The notes under the pieces are model-generated. The model saw only the letters and a program-made list of their open reading frames with translations. It was not told where the DNA came from and ran no database searches. The position numbers and the translations under genes were made by a program. Of a stretch of DNA of 32,000 nt, positions 1 through 8,985 are shown one piece after another. How positions within the stretch are numbered: the first letter of the stretch is position 1; each line of letters opens with the position of its first letter. The stretch is from Candidatus Saccharimonadota bacterium (lineage in GTDB: Bacteria > Patescibacteriota > Saccharimonadia > Saccharimonadales > UBA4665), in assembly GCA_016699955.1 (NCBI GenBank), contig CP064993.1, positions 1,110,001-1,142,000 of the forward strand. The letters are read 5' to 3'.

Positions 1-219
1 GCAAAAGCGTACATTTACTCACGCGAAAGTGGCAATAACCCAAATGCCACAAACCCTACCGGCTGCTATGGGCTTGGGCAAGATTGCAACGGTGTACTCC
101 GCGCGCAGTGTGGCGCTGACTACGCCTGCCAAGATGCATATTTTGAAGGGTATGCGGCACGCCGATACGGCGGCTGGGAAGGTGCCTACAGTTTTTGGCA
201 AGCCAACCATTGGTGGTAG
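1..219 (+). CDS. 3' end of a secreted cell-wall-associated protein (Apf / transglycosylase-like C-terminal domain); the 5' part lies outside the window
   Basis: Frame 1 is open from base 1 to TAG at 217-219. It is absent from the ORF track because it has no Met. It reads AKAYIYSRESGNNPNATNPTGCYGLGQ...YAARRYGGWEGAYSFWQANHWW. The RESG..N...G.GQ...RYG.W..A..FW...WW pattern recalls C-terminal domains of Gram-positive aggregation-promoting-factor / transglycosylase-like surface proteins (from memory, not searched). Confidence 0.5.
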   Translation, partial: AKAYIYSRESGNNPNATNPTGCYGLGQDCNGVLRAQCGADYACQDAYFEGYAARRYGGWEGAYSFWQANHWW

Positions 220-260
220 AGCGAGCCTACGACTGCTAGAGATAACCTACTAGAGTCAAG

Positions 261-291
261 CAAAGACAGCTGTACACACCAGCTGTCTTTG
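261..291 (+). terminator. Hairpin downstream of the partial CDS
   Basis: CAAAGACAGCTG (261-272), loop TACACAC, CAGCTGTCTTTG (280-291) form a perfect 12-bp stem. The T-tract is weak and lies only within the stem. Confidence 0.4.
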
Positions 292-456
292 CGCTGCAAC
301 CGCGAGCTCTCACGCATTTCGCACCAGTCAGTCTGCATGCCGCCAGAGCTGTCAAAGCTGCTTACACCGACCCAGGATTCTATCCGCGGCTTGTTCTGGT
401 TGTAATTGTTGTAGAGTATACTTGCTTGTATATATTAAGTATAAGCAGGACATGCT

Positions 457-1176
457 ATGGATAAAGAAAAAAATGAACCAGCAACTTTAACAGAACAACC
501 AGCACCGTTTCAGACGGAAAGCTCAAATGAGGGCGTAATCACCCCAACCGAAACAACATCTAACGCATCGGCTACCAGCAGCGACCCGATGACATCATCG
601 TCAGGCAACGCCACAATTCTCAGTATCCAAGAGCTTCCAGAGAAAAGAGGCTGGCTGAAGTCATATGCCTACCTCCCCGAATACTTTGTCATGCTCGTGG
701 TTTTAACGGCGTTGCTTTTTGCGCTGACAAACCTACTAAACATTGGCATCGATAGCCTTATCTCGGCTGAAAAATCAACGGGAGATGACTTTAACTTGTA
801 CGATTTCAGTAACTTTGAACTAGTTTCCTCTCTGTCATCCGTGATTGTTGGCTTACCGTTTTTTATCATGCTTTACCTTAGAACAAAATCATATGAGACA
901 GAGTCACCGGCAGTCGTGACACATCGCTGGCGCAAAGGCTTTTTGGGTGTCTTTATTGTTGTACAGATTATGACTATAATCGGTAACTTGTCAGGACTTG
1001 TGTATCAAATAGTATCGCGAATGGTAGACGGAAATGACAACCTGTCACTTTTGACTAGCGCAACACAAGGGGATCCGGTGTGGCAGCTTGTGATTGCTTC
1101 AGTGCTCAACACTGCCCTGATTGGGTTTGCCGTTTTCGTGATTGGTAAAGAGTATCGTAAGCAGGGGGCTAAATAA
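457..1176 (+). CDS. Hypothetical multi-pass membrane protein with a low-complexity Ser/Thr-rich N-terminus
   Basis: ORF-track ORF of 239 aa with several long hydrophobic segments after a T/S/P-rich head. No family recognised. Confidence 0.6.
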   Translation: MDKEKNEPATLTEQPAPFQTESSNEGVITPTETTSNASATSSDPMTSSSGNATILSIQELPEKRGWLKSYAYLPEYFVMLVVLTALLFALTNLLNIGIDSLISAEKSTGDDFNLYDFSNFELVSSLSSVIVGLPFFIMLYLRTKSYETESPAVVTHRWRKGFLGVFIVVQIMTIIGNLSGLVYQIVSRMVDGNDNLSLLTSATQGDPVWQLVIASVLNTALIGFAVFVIGKEYRKQGAK

Positions 1177-1177
1177 T

Positions 1178-2014
1178 ATGCCTCTCTCATCTCAGCAAAA
1201 ACTGCTTGTCATTGTGCTCAGTGTTGTCAGTATTGTCGCAATTGGTCTGCAAATTCCTACCATTAGCCAGCAAAAAGCTAAAGCGTCAGACCAGCAAAAA
1301 AGCCAGGACATCGCTACTCTCCATTCAAGCATTGACACTTATAATTCTTCCCGCAACAGCCTGCCAAAAACCCTAAGCGATTTGAAGAACATTGATGACA
1401 CAAAAGACCGACTTGATGATTACAAATATAGCCCTAGCCAGGAGTCATACAAACTTTGTGCTACATTTAAGACAGACACGACGAAAGATACCGAGTCTTC
1501 GTACACAGCATACAGTAGTAGCTACAATAGCGATGTTGAGGCCGACCCGTATAAGCACGGCAAAGGCAATAAATGCTTTACGTACGAAGTCTCTTCGTAC
1601 GGTGGAAGGTATTTTGATACCTTCGACTCATCATCGTATCCGTCAGATTCAACGAACAGCTCATCTTCCAGTAGCATTCAAGACAATGCAAACGATGCTC
1701 AGCGCAAGTCAGACATAAACGCTGTCCGGTCGTATATTGAGGCCAGCTACGCCCAGAACGGCTATTACCCGACTTTGGCAGAAATCAACAATACCACTTG
1801 GCGAACTACCAACATGAAAGGTCTCGATACAACCAACCTCATAGACCCTGAAGGCGTCGACAATCGGATTAGCAATACGCCGGGCACAAATCGCTATTCA
1901 TATCAGCCCAAAACTGCCAGCGGCAAAACATGCGAAATCGCCAGTGAATGCACAACTTTTACGGTCACCGCCACCCTATCAAACGGCGACCTGTACACCA
2001 AATCTTCACTGTAA
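1178..2014 (+). CDS. Membrane-anchored pilin-like protein with two pilin-type head motifs and no canonical prepilin cleavage motif
   Basis: The likely start is ATG 1178, just after the upstream TAA (1174-1176) and a GGGGG run (1165-1169). The ORF-track start at 1142 overlaps the previous gene. An N-terminal TM helix (LLVIVLSVVSIVAIGL) is followed by DQQKSQDIATLHSSIDTYNSSRNSLP. Later comes NDAQRKSDINAVRSYIEASYAQNGYYPTLAEI. Both resemble the type IV pilin signature A.DA.RKSDL..I..ALE.Y..DNG.YP. Confidence 0.55.
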   Translation: MPLSSQQKLLVIVLSVVSIVAIGLQIPTISQQKAKASDQQKSQDIATLHSSIDTYNSSRNSLPKTLSDLKNIDDTKDRLDDYKYSPSQESYKLCATFKTDTTKDTESSYTAYSSSYNSDVEADPYKHGKGNKCFTYEVSSYGGRYFDTFDSSSYPSDSTNSSSSSSIQDNANDAQRKSDINAVRSYIEASYAQNGYYPTLAEINNTTWRTTNMKGLDTTNLIDPEGVDNRISNTPGTNRYSYQPKTASGKTCEIASECTTFTVTATLSNGDLYTKSSL

Positions 2015-2107
2015 CCGCCCTTGCCCACACGTAATAAGGGTCTTTTTGCGCTTTTATCCCATCTCTGACTTCTATTTAGGGTAGTCTTGCTTCACTCGAT
2101 TGAAACC

Positions 2108-2136
2108 GTGACTCGTGACCTGTAGGCCGGTATACT
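2108..2136 (+). promoter_or_regulatory. Putative rarA promoter (-35 GTGACT, 17-nt spacer, -10 TATACT) ending 6 nt before the ATG
   Basis: TATACT lies at 2131-2136 and GTGACT at 2108-2113. The start codon is at 2143, which implies a leaderless or near-leaderless mRNA. Confidence 0.4.
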
Positions 2137-2142
2137 GTAGCT

Positions 2143-3336
2143 ATGGATACAAGGCCGTTGGCGGAGAGGATGAGACCTAGTAAGCTCGATGATGTTATTG
2201 GGCAAGTCCATTTGGTTGGTGCTCAGAAAATCATCCGACAGATTATAGAGAACAAAGAACCGACCAGTCTCATCCTGTGGGGTCCGCCTGGCACGGGCAA
2301 AACGACCCTAGCGCGAATTATTGCAACCGAAACGGGTGCTGAATTTGTCGAGATTAGTGCCGTGACAAGTGGCAAGGCCGATGTTGTCAAGGTAATCGAC
2401 CGCGCTGGTCAGAACCAGCGACTTGGTCTGCAAACGATTTTATTTGTTGACGAAATACACCGCTTTAACAAAGCTCAGCAGGACGCTTTTCTGCCACATG
2501 TTGAGTCCGGCGTTATTACTCTCATTGGCGCAACCACCGAAAACCCAAGCTTTGAAATCATAAACCCCCTGCTTTCCCGCGCCCGGGTACTCGTGCTCGA
2601 GCCACTTAGTCGAAGTGAAATAATTGCAATTTTACAGAGAAGCGCGAAATTGATGAAGTTAAATGCCAAAGTTTTGCCCAAGAAATCTGTCGAACTTTTA
2701 GCAGATTTGAGTGGCGGTGATGCCCGCGTGGCCCTTGGCAATCTTGAGCTTGCGCAGCGCCTGGCACTTGGTAAAACAATTACATCAGAACTGGTTGAGA
2801 CGGCAGCGCAAACTAAGCTGCCAGGCTACGACAAAAAAGGCGAAACACACTACAACGTTATTTCAGCTTTCATAAAAAGTATGCGGGGAAGCGACCCCAC
2901 CGCCACGCTCTATTATTTAGCACGAATGATTCAGGCCGGTGAAGACCCAAAGTTTATTGCCCGACGCATGGTGATTTTTGCCAGCGAAGATATAGGCCTG
3001 GCTGCACCAGCCGCTCTCAATCTCGCCGTGTCGTGTTTTTTGGCGGTGGAACGAATTGGCTTACCAGAAGCAGAAATAAACCTCAGTCACGTAGCAGTCG
3101 TACTTGCCAAATCGCCAAAGTCGCGCGAAACCTACGACGCGTGGAGCAAAGCCAAAATAGCCGCCAGCGAGCACCCTGACTTACCCATCCCGCTCGGCCT
3201 GCGCAATGCGCCAACAAAACTTATGAAAGACCTCGGCTACGGCAAGGGTGCCAAATGGGAGGCCGGCTTCAAACACCCCAGCGGCTTTTTACCCCCCGAG
3301 CTCAGGGATATCAATTTGTTTTCTGGCTCAAAATAA
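2143..3336 (+). CDS. rarA: Replication-associated recombination protein A (RarA/MgsA, AAA+ ATPase)
   Basis: N-terminus PLAERMRPSKLDDVIGQ.HL, Walker A GPPGTGKTTLARIIA, Walker B ILFVDEIHRFNKAQQDAFLPHVE, and the C-terminal YDAISAF-type region (HYNVISAFIKSMRGSDP..LYYLARMI..GEDP.FIARR). Confidence 0.93.
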   Translation: MDTRPLAERMRPSKLDDVIGQVHLVGAQKIIRQIIENKEPTSLILWGPPGTGKTTLARIIATETGAEFVEISAVTSGKADVVKVIDRAGQNQRLGLQTILFVDEIHRFNKAQQDAFLPHVESGVITLIGATTENPSFEIINPLLSRARVLVLEPLSRSEIIAILQRSAKLMKLNAKVLPKKSVELLADLSGGDARVALGNLELAQRLALGKTITSELVETAAQTKLPGYDKKGETHYNVISAFIKSMRGSDPTATLYYLARMIQAGEDPKFIARRMVIFASEDIGLAAPAALNLAVSCFLAVERIGLPEAEINLSHVAVVLAKSPKSRETYDAWSKAKIAASEHPDLPIPLGLRNAPTKLMKDLGYGKGAKWEAGFKHPSGFLPPELRDINLFSGSK

Positions 3337-3405
3337 CCTCGGCACGTTTTCTCACGTCAACAAACGATGGTTTGGGGTTCTGCGCAGCACAAGTCAAGTC
3401 CTAGC

Positions 3406-3978
3406 TCAGTTCGTAGGGATACTAACCGATTCGACGGCTAGTATCATGAGGACGCCAAAGCTAAAGGTTGTCATTGTTTCAGCCATAAACAAGACGTGTA
3501 TAAGCCCAAAATAGGTCAAGCCAGAAAGTATGAATCCCGTGATAAACAGGCCAAGCAACCATCTGGCAGTAGTAGTTTTTGTTAGCCGAAGCGCAAACCA
3601 TAACGCCAGCGGTACTTCCGCTACAAAAAGTAAAACGGCGCTGTACACATGTACAAGATCAAAAAAACGATTAACTTTGTACGTGTAAGTAGAGAATGCG
3701 ACAAGCAAAGTCAGGCCACCCACTAGAAGGAGTGTTGTACGGAGTCCTGCACGATGAGCGGTGGCTACCGGCAAACTCAGCGCCGCCGCACAAACTAGTA
3801 GCCCACAGCCTATAAAGCCGATTGTAAACGGCCAGATTGTTTCGCGGTGCACCCCGTAGTTACTTATGCCACCCTGGTCGCGACTAAATAAAAATTGCGG
3901 CAAAATGATAGTGCAAACCACAATTGCAGCCGCCAGTACAAACTGGCTAAGGAATAGGAGCTTGCCCGTTTTTGTCAT
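3406..3978 (-). CDS. Hypothetical integral membrane protein
   Basis: 190-aa ORF that is almost entirely hydrophobic helices. No family recognised. Confidence 0.6.
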   Translation of the reverse strand: MTKTGKLLFLSQFVLAAAIVVCTIILPQFLFSRDQGGISNYGVHRETIWPFTIGFIGCGLLVCAAALSLPVATAHRAGLRTTLLLVGGLTLLVAFSTYTYKVNRFFDLVHVYSAVLLFVAEVPLALWFALRLTKTTTARWLLGLFITGFILSGLTYFGLIHVLFMAETMTTFSFGVLMILAVESVSIPTN

Positions 3979-3996
3979 ATAAATAATTGTAACAGC

Positions 3997-4572
3997 TTAC
4001 CCTTCCAGGCTACCAAAATTCTTTTGTAGTATTTCGGCTAGCATTTTTACTGGGAGACCAAGTATGGTGTCCTCAGAACCTTCGATGTGGTCAAGCATAG
4101 TACTGATGTGCTGGATGCCGTAGGCACCGGCTTTGTCAACATAGTCACCCATGGCAAGATAGGCCTCCACGAGCGTTTGATTGTACGGCTTTAAGTAGAC
4201 CCAGGCGTTGTCATAGGTCACTTTTTCGTAGTTTTCGGCCCTACAAATGACTGCCAGCGAGGACGTGACTTTATTTGGCGCCGAGGTAATCAACCGCCAC
4301 ATTCGGCGAGCGTCTTCGATGTCTGTTGGCTTACCAAGCTGAACATCACCAACGGTCACAATAGTGTCACAGCCAATCACGATTGCTTCTGGGTATATTG
4401 CTGCTACGGAGCGGGCTTTGCCGAGGCCAAGCTCCATGGCAATTTCTTCGACCGATCTAGATTCATCCAAGTATTCGTCAAACTCGCTGGGGATTATGAC
4501 AAAGTTTAACCCCATTTTCTCCATTAATTCTTTACGCCGCGGTGAACCACTGGCCAAAATAATTTGTCTCAT
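3997..4572 (-). CDS. maf: Maf-family nucleoside triphosphate pyrophosphatase (septum formation protein Maf)
   Basis: ILASGSPRRKELM N-terminal signature, an internal GCDT.V motif and a C-terminal AGAYGIQ motif. Confidence 0.9.
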   Translation of the reverse strand: MRQIILASGSPRRKELMEKMGLNFVIIPSEFDEYLDESRSVEEIAMELGLGKARSVAAIYPEAIVIGCDTIVTVGDVQLGKPTDIEDARRMWRLITSAPNKVTSSLAVICRAENYEKVTYDNAWVYLKPYNQTLVEAYLAMGDYVDKAGAYGIQHISTMLDHIEGSEDTILGLPVKMLAEILQKNFGSLEG

Positions 4573-4581
4573 AAAACGTAG

Positions 4582-4587
4582 TATACT
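4582..4587 (+). promoter_or_regulatory. -10 box TATACT, 8 nt upstream of the ABC ATPase start
   Basis: The sequence is GTAGTATACTAGAAGCTAATG. Only 23 nt separate the divergent maf and ABC start codons. Confidence 0.4.
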
Positions 4588-4595
4588 AGAAGCTA

Positions 4596-5492
4596 ATGAC
4601 TGTCAGTATCGACATACAAAATTTAACCAAACTTTATCCGGGCACAACAACTCCTGCGCTCGATGCGCTAAGACTTCAGGTAAAGCCGGGTGAAGTGTAC
4701 GGGTTTTTGGGTGCAAATGGCGCGGGCAAGTCTACGGCCATACGACTACTCATGAATTTTATCCAGCCGACCAAAGGCGGCGCGAAGATAATGGGGCTAG
4801 ATGTTGTCAGCGGTAGCGTGAGGGTCAAAAAACATGTTGGCTACCTAGCTGGAGATGTTGCTCTTTGGCCTCGTGTCACAGGAAATGAAATGTTTGCGTA
4901 TCTGATGAAACTGCAATCCCAGGTGAAAATGGACTATCTTAACGATCTTATTCGCCGGTTTGAGGCCGAGCCAGAAAAGCGTATCGACCAGCTCAGTAAG
5001 GGCAACCGACAAAAGATAGGGGTAATACAAGCGCTCATGCATGAGCCTGATGTTCTCATACTAGACGAACCAACCAGCGGGCTTGATCCGCTCATGCAAG
5101 AAGTATTTTACGAGTGTGTACGTGAAGCCGCGACACGAGGCGCAGCTGTGTTTGTGAGCAGCCACAACTTAGCCGAAGTGCAACGGATGTGCGACCGCGT
5201 TGGTATTATTAAACATGGTAAACTAATACGCGAGCAAAGCATTAAGGATGACAATAATCTAGCGGTAACGACATTCCGAGTAGTTTTGGCGCACCCAAAA
5301 GACGCCGAGAAACTAAAGTCAAATCGAGCTATTAAACTAATATCTACCGAAGGGCACATTGCCATTGTGCAGCCCAAGAAAACAATTGCCGAAGCGCTAC
5401 GGGTGCTTGCAACCTGCAACATTACGGGCATGACAACGCAACAGATTGATTTAGAAGACGAATTTCTCGGGTATTATGGAGACGGCGCATGA
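4596..5492 (+). CDS. ABC transporter ATP-binding protein (ABC-2 exporter type)
   Basis: Walker A GANGAGKST, signature LSKGNRQK, Walker B LILDEPTSGLD and an H-loop (SSHNL). Confidence 0.92.
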   Translation: MTVSIDIQNLTKLYPGTTTPALDALRLQVKPGEVYGFLGANGAGKSTAIRLLMNFIQPTKGGAKIMGLDVVSGSVRVKKHVGYLAGDVALWPRVTGNEMFAYLMKLQSQVKMDYLNDLIRRFEAEPEKRIDQLSKGNRQKIGVIQALMHEPDVLILDEPTSGLDPLMQEVFYECVREAATRGAAVFVSSHNLAEVQRMCDRVGIIKHGKLIREQSIKDDNNLAVTTFRVVLAHPKDAEKLKSNRAIKLISTEGHIAIVQPKKTIAEALRVLATCNITGMTTQQIDLEDEFLGYYGDGA

Positions 5493-6295
5493 AAGACGTG
5501 ATTGTTTGGGAGCTGAGGCAGCGGCGTAAAGCAATTTTTTGGTGGACATTCGCATCGGTAATCATGACAGCAGTTATACTTGCCCTCTTCCCCTCCATCC
5601 GTGACCAAGCTGCCGAAATGAACAAGGTCATAAACACTCTGCCGCCCGAACTGCGCGGGCTTAAAACTGGCGGTGCCAACAATATAGACGTGGGCGATCC
5701 ACTGCAATTTTTAAACTCTCAACTTTTCTATGCGACACTCCCCCTCATCTGGATGATTCTAGCCATCACTCGCGGAGCCGGGCTGCTTGGACGCGAAGAA
5801 CAGACCCACACCCTTGAGCTGCTACTTGCCCGTCCAATCAGTCGAGCGCGGTTACTGATCGCCAAAATTATTGCTTTCTGCCTCGAATTTACCACTGTAA
5901 CCATGCTGACCTTCACTACGATACTACTCCTCTGCCCTATTTTTGAGCTAAATGTGGGCGCTAGTCGTCTGTTTTCGGCAACAGCATATACCACCCTTTT
6001 TTGTTTTTCGTTTGGCTTAATTGCCCTCACTTTGCACGCAGCCAGCCGACTTACCAAGCGCGCTGCCACCGCCTTTGCGGTAACTCTCGCGTTTGGCGGC
6101 TATCTTCTGGCAAGCCTGAGCAGCCTAACAGATTGGCTTGAGGTACCTGTAAAGTTTATGCCCTACCACTATTTCACACCGCTTGATGCGCTTTCTGGCA
6201 AAACGCCGCGTGGTCTCGTAGTGTATTTGGTTTGCGTGTTTCTGATAAGCGGTTTTCTAGCAATCGTTGGATTCCGAAAACGAGATATTGAATAA
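5489..6295 (+). CDS. ABC-2 family transporter permease
   Basis: Its start overlaps the ATPase stop by 4 nt (ATGA), which indicates translational coupling. The 268-aa product is a multi-pass membrane protein. Confidence 0.8.
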   Translation: MKDVIVWELRQRRKAIFWWTFASVIMTAVILALFPSIRDQAAEMNKVINTLPPELRGLKTGGANNIDVGDPLQFLNSQLFYATLPLIWMILAITRGAGLLGREEQTHTLELLLARPISRARLLIAKIIAFCLEFTTVTMLTFTTILLLCPIFELNVGASRLFSATAYTTLFCFSFGLIALTLHAASRLTKRAATAFAVTLAFGGYLLASLSSLTDWLEVPVKFMPYHYFTPLDALSGKTPRGLVVYLVCVFLISGFLAIVGFRKRDIE

Positions 6296-6491
6296 TCGTT
6301 CCGAACTGGGCGTAAACAACGGTTTTAAAAAGGGCGAGCTCATCCACGAGCAAGTCAGAAGGTAATTCACTTTGAGCAGATGGCCCGTAGCTCGATAGAC
6401 GAGCAAACGTGGCCAATGGATGCTTCTGGTGAGTCTGATACCGCGAGAGTTCTTTCGCCGGGTAACAGCCCCGTGCGTGTATAATCTATAT

Positions 6492-6743
6492 ATGCTTCGG
6501 AAATGGGATACTGAAAATGAAGAGCTTCAACGCAAGCTGCTGAATGAGGTTATCACTAGAATTCAAGAACTTGATGACGTATCAACATTTGGCGTCATTG
6601 CTGCTCAGGAAATTGTCGATATTGTTACTGAAAATCTAGGACCGGAAATATACAACAAGGGTATTGCTGATGCCAAGAAACTAATTGTTAATAAGATGGC
6701 TGACATGGATGTTGACCTCTCTACTCTCGAACAAAAGGCATAA
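6492..6743 (+). CDS. DUF2164-like small cytoplasmic protein
   Basis: From the internal ATG at 6492 it reads MLRKWDTENEELQRKLLNEVITRIQEL.DVSTFGVIAAQEIVDIVTENLGPEIYNKGIADAKK. This resembles DUF2164 as remembered. The ORF-track start at 6420 adds an implausible N-terminus. Confidence 0.5.
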   Translation: MLRKWDTENEELQRKLLNEVITRIQELDDVSTFGVIAAQEIVDIVTENLGPEIYNKGIADAKKLIVNKMADMDVDLSTLEQKA

Positions 6744-6919
6744 GAGATACATGGCTATATCGCAATTTTTCCATACTCCTCAAAAGTAAGCAGCCAGATA
6801 GCAGTCTAAACTTTAATATCAGAATTCAGTCCATATCAAAACTGCCCACTATCAGAAACGAACTTGAGTGAAGCTTCGGCAATATATACGGCCCCTGCTT
6901 GCAACTGTGATATCAACAT

Positions 6920-6994
6920 CTCGTATTCACCGATACGGTGATATATACTAACAACATGAAAAGAACCTCTCCAAGAACCATCGATATAGTAATA
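6920..6994 (+). repeat. Copy A of a 75-nt duplicated promoter / 5'-CDS module (partner at 12681-12755)
   Basis: By manual alignment, 65 of 75 positions are identical to 12681-12755 on the same strand. Confidence 0.85.
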
Positions 6995-7171
6995 TTTGCA
7001 GTAGGAATGGTTTTTTTAAATATTTTTCTAATCTACGTCATGGATCATTTTCCAAGGAGCTTAAACCCATCCATCTCAGAGTTTATTATTGGGACAGTAG
7101 GCATGGGTCTCTTTGTCGGAGCAATGAATTTTTTATGGGCATTGTTTAGCTTAAAACTTAAACTTAAATAA
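6956..7171 (+). CDS. Small two-helix membrane protein
   Basis: MKRTSPRTIDIVIFAVGMVFLNIFLIYV... with two hydrophobic helices. ATG 6956 is preferred over the ORF-track GTG at 6938. Confidence 0.5.
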   Translation: MKRTSPRTIDIVIFAVGMVFLNIFLIYVMDHFPRSLNPSISEFIIGTVGMGLFVGAMNFLWALFSLKLKLK

Positions 7172-7199
7172 CTTTTTCCTAGCTAAAAATGCTGGTATG

Positions 7200-7574
7200 T
7201 TATAGATTAGAAATCCCGCTAAATCGACCGAACCGTGCAATGAGATAACGTACTGGGGTCAGTGAGCCTCTAAGTCTAAGCTTACCGTCTTGGGCAAGAC
7301 GAAAAACAGCCTGACTAAATGATTGGGCTTCACTAATGTTTTTTTTTCTTTGCCTGACGCTCATGATTACTGCCGCTAAAAATGCGCCGACGGCGATTGC
7401 GGCGGCAGGCAGAGTGACTATAACTGTAGTCCAAACTGCAGTACCTAACTTATCCCAGCCTGCAGCTCCATCATCGTAGTTTTCGAACATTGGAGACTCA
7501 ATATATATTTGACTAAGGATAGCAATAGTCAAAGAAATCACACTGGTCAAATAGAGTTTGCGTTTTAATGTCAT
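7200..7574 (-). CDS. Hypothetical membrane protein
   Basis: 124-aa ORF with two TM segments. Confidence 0.5.
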   Translation of the reverse strand: MTLKRKLYLTSVISLTIAILSQIYIESPMFENYDDGAAGWDKLGTAVWTTVIVTLPAAAIAVGAFLAAVIMSVRQRKKNISEAQSFSQAVFRLAQDGKLRLRGSLTPVRYLIARFGRFSGISNL

Positions 7575-7758
7575 GCGGTTATTGTATCAGGTCGTGAGCA
7601 TCAACATATTTCGAAATCACACGCATTTTGTACTTTAAAACTCATGTGCTTTTTCTCATCGAAGAACGTAAGGAGCCGCACTAAGGTACGGTGAGTGAGT
7701 CATTGCTAAGGGTTGAACCTTAAGGATAAAATACTTTGGTTTGTTAGAGCTGTCTAGG

Positions 7759-7965
7759 CTAGCCGTTTACAATTGGCAAACCCCACCCGATAAAACCCGG
7801 CTGGAGTGTAGCTACAGTCAGTACTTCTACGTAGGTTGTAGCGTTGCGAACGGCAGTAATCGGTTTGTCGAGTACTTCTATATAAGACGTAGCGTTGCGT
7901 ACAACCGAAGCACCGAGTGAGTCCAGCACTTCTACGTAAGTTATTGCATCTCGGGCAGCTGCCAT
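7759..7965 (-). CDS. Small protein made of three 17-18-aa R(D/N)A.(T/S)Y(V/I)EVL repeats; last gene of the tail-fibre-like operon
   Basis: It starts 9 nt after the stop of the upstream gene. Three repeats at 7819-7953 differ mainly by conservative substitutions (V/I, T/S), which argues for real coding sequence. Confidence 0.55.
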   Translation of the reverse strand: MAAARDAITYVEVLDSLGASVVRNATSYIEVLDKPITAVRNATTYVEVLTVATLQPGFIGWGLPIVNG

Positions 7966-7974
7966 ATGAAACTT

Positions 7975-8985
7975 TTAGGCCACTTCCATGCCGGATTCTA
8001 AACTGTCAACATCGGCTGCAGCCCGGGCAACTGTTGTGTTCGGGTTTGTTTCGAACATATCGCAATATGACAGATAAGATACCGAAAGGACTCGCGTCGC
8101 TCCATAATACAAACTACCGCCAGTATATAGCGCCGATTTTGCACTTGCGGCCGTCGCGTCACTTTTAGCTGCAATTATGTTGTTTTGTACACCAAACACT
8201 TGTGTGACTCCGGACGGTAGATTGGCAAGTGCATATGTATCACGTTCCCCTGTGGTGGCAGAGCCGGTGTAGTCTGCACTAGAGTACGGAAGTTCGTCTA
8301 CCAACTGGTAGTTATTGACTTGGTCGGCGTCCGAACCGGTAAGTTGAGAGTAGGTGCCATTGCCGTTTGGTGTCAACACATGCACACGCACATCGCCTAA
8401 AAAGGTATTGTTGGTGCTACCGGTAGAATTTAAAATATATACATCGTCAAAAAAGACGGTAGTACTATTCGAGTTTACGAATGCCACCATATCAATAGTA
8501 GTGTTTGTTCCAGCGTTTTTTGTGTCGCCAGTGTAGGTGACTTCGTCGGTACCTGCACCGTTTAACCGCACTTTTACGACACCACCGGCGTCGGCAATAG
8601 TTGCCTGAACTTCAATAAAATACCATGCATTAAGAGCCAGAGGTGTCGTACCTGTCGCTAAAACGGTGCCACTGACACCCCCTCTCCTAATTTGCAGTAA
8701 GCCTGTTGTGACTTCTCGATTAACTGTAATATGGTTTGTCGCGCCATTATCGCCGTATAGCGCTACACCAGAGCCATTGGTGCTAACAATATTAGTCCGC
8801 ATAGCAAAACCGCAAGTAACCTGAGCCGATGCGGAAATAAGCCTAGATGCAACAGAGACGAAGCCACTCGTAATAGACAACCCGGTTCCAAAACGTGTAG
8901 TAGCGTTCGTGGATACAGAACCGCTAAGATTCCATTTTAAAGCAACATCACCTGCGTCAAAACTATCTATAAATAATAATGCCAT
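7975..8985 (-). CDS. Phage structural-like protein (probable lectin/jelly-roll-type, tail-associated)
   Basis: MALLFIDSFDAGDVALKWN... is an N-terminus typical of phage tail or structural proteins as remembered. The composition is rich in T/S/G/N and looks beta-rich. Its start shares 1 nt with the upstream stop (TAATG at 8985). Confidence 0.5.
   Translation of the reverse strand: MALLFIDSFDAGDVALKWNLSGSVSTNATTRFGTGLSITSGFVSVASRLISASAQVTCGFAMRTNIVSTNGSGVALYGDNGATNHITVNREVTTGLLQIRRGGVSGTVLATGTTPLALNAWYFIEVQATIADAGGVVKVRLNGAGTDEVTYTGDTKNAGTNTTIDMVAFVNSNSTTVFFDDVYILNSTGSTNNTFLGDVRVHVLTPNGNGTYSQLTGSDADQVNNYQLVDELPYSSADYTGSATTGERDTYALANLPSGVTQVFGVQNNIIAAKSDATAASAKSALYTGGSLYYGATRVLSVSYLSYCDMFETNPNTTVARAAADVDSLESGMEVA

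Noticed and set aside
2475-6416. Antisense or overlapping ORFs inside rarA, maf and the ABC genes (for example 2475-2741, 4364-4693, 4845-5042, 5108-5431, 5422-5707, 5728-6069, 6174-6416).
   Set aside because: Each overlaps a gene with strong motif support on the other strand or in another frame. None has recognisable motifs.
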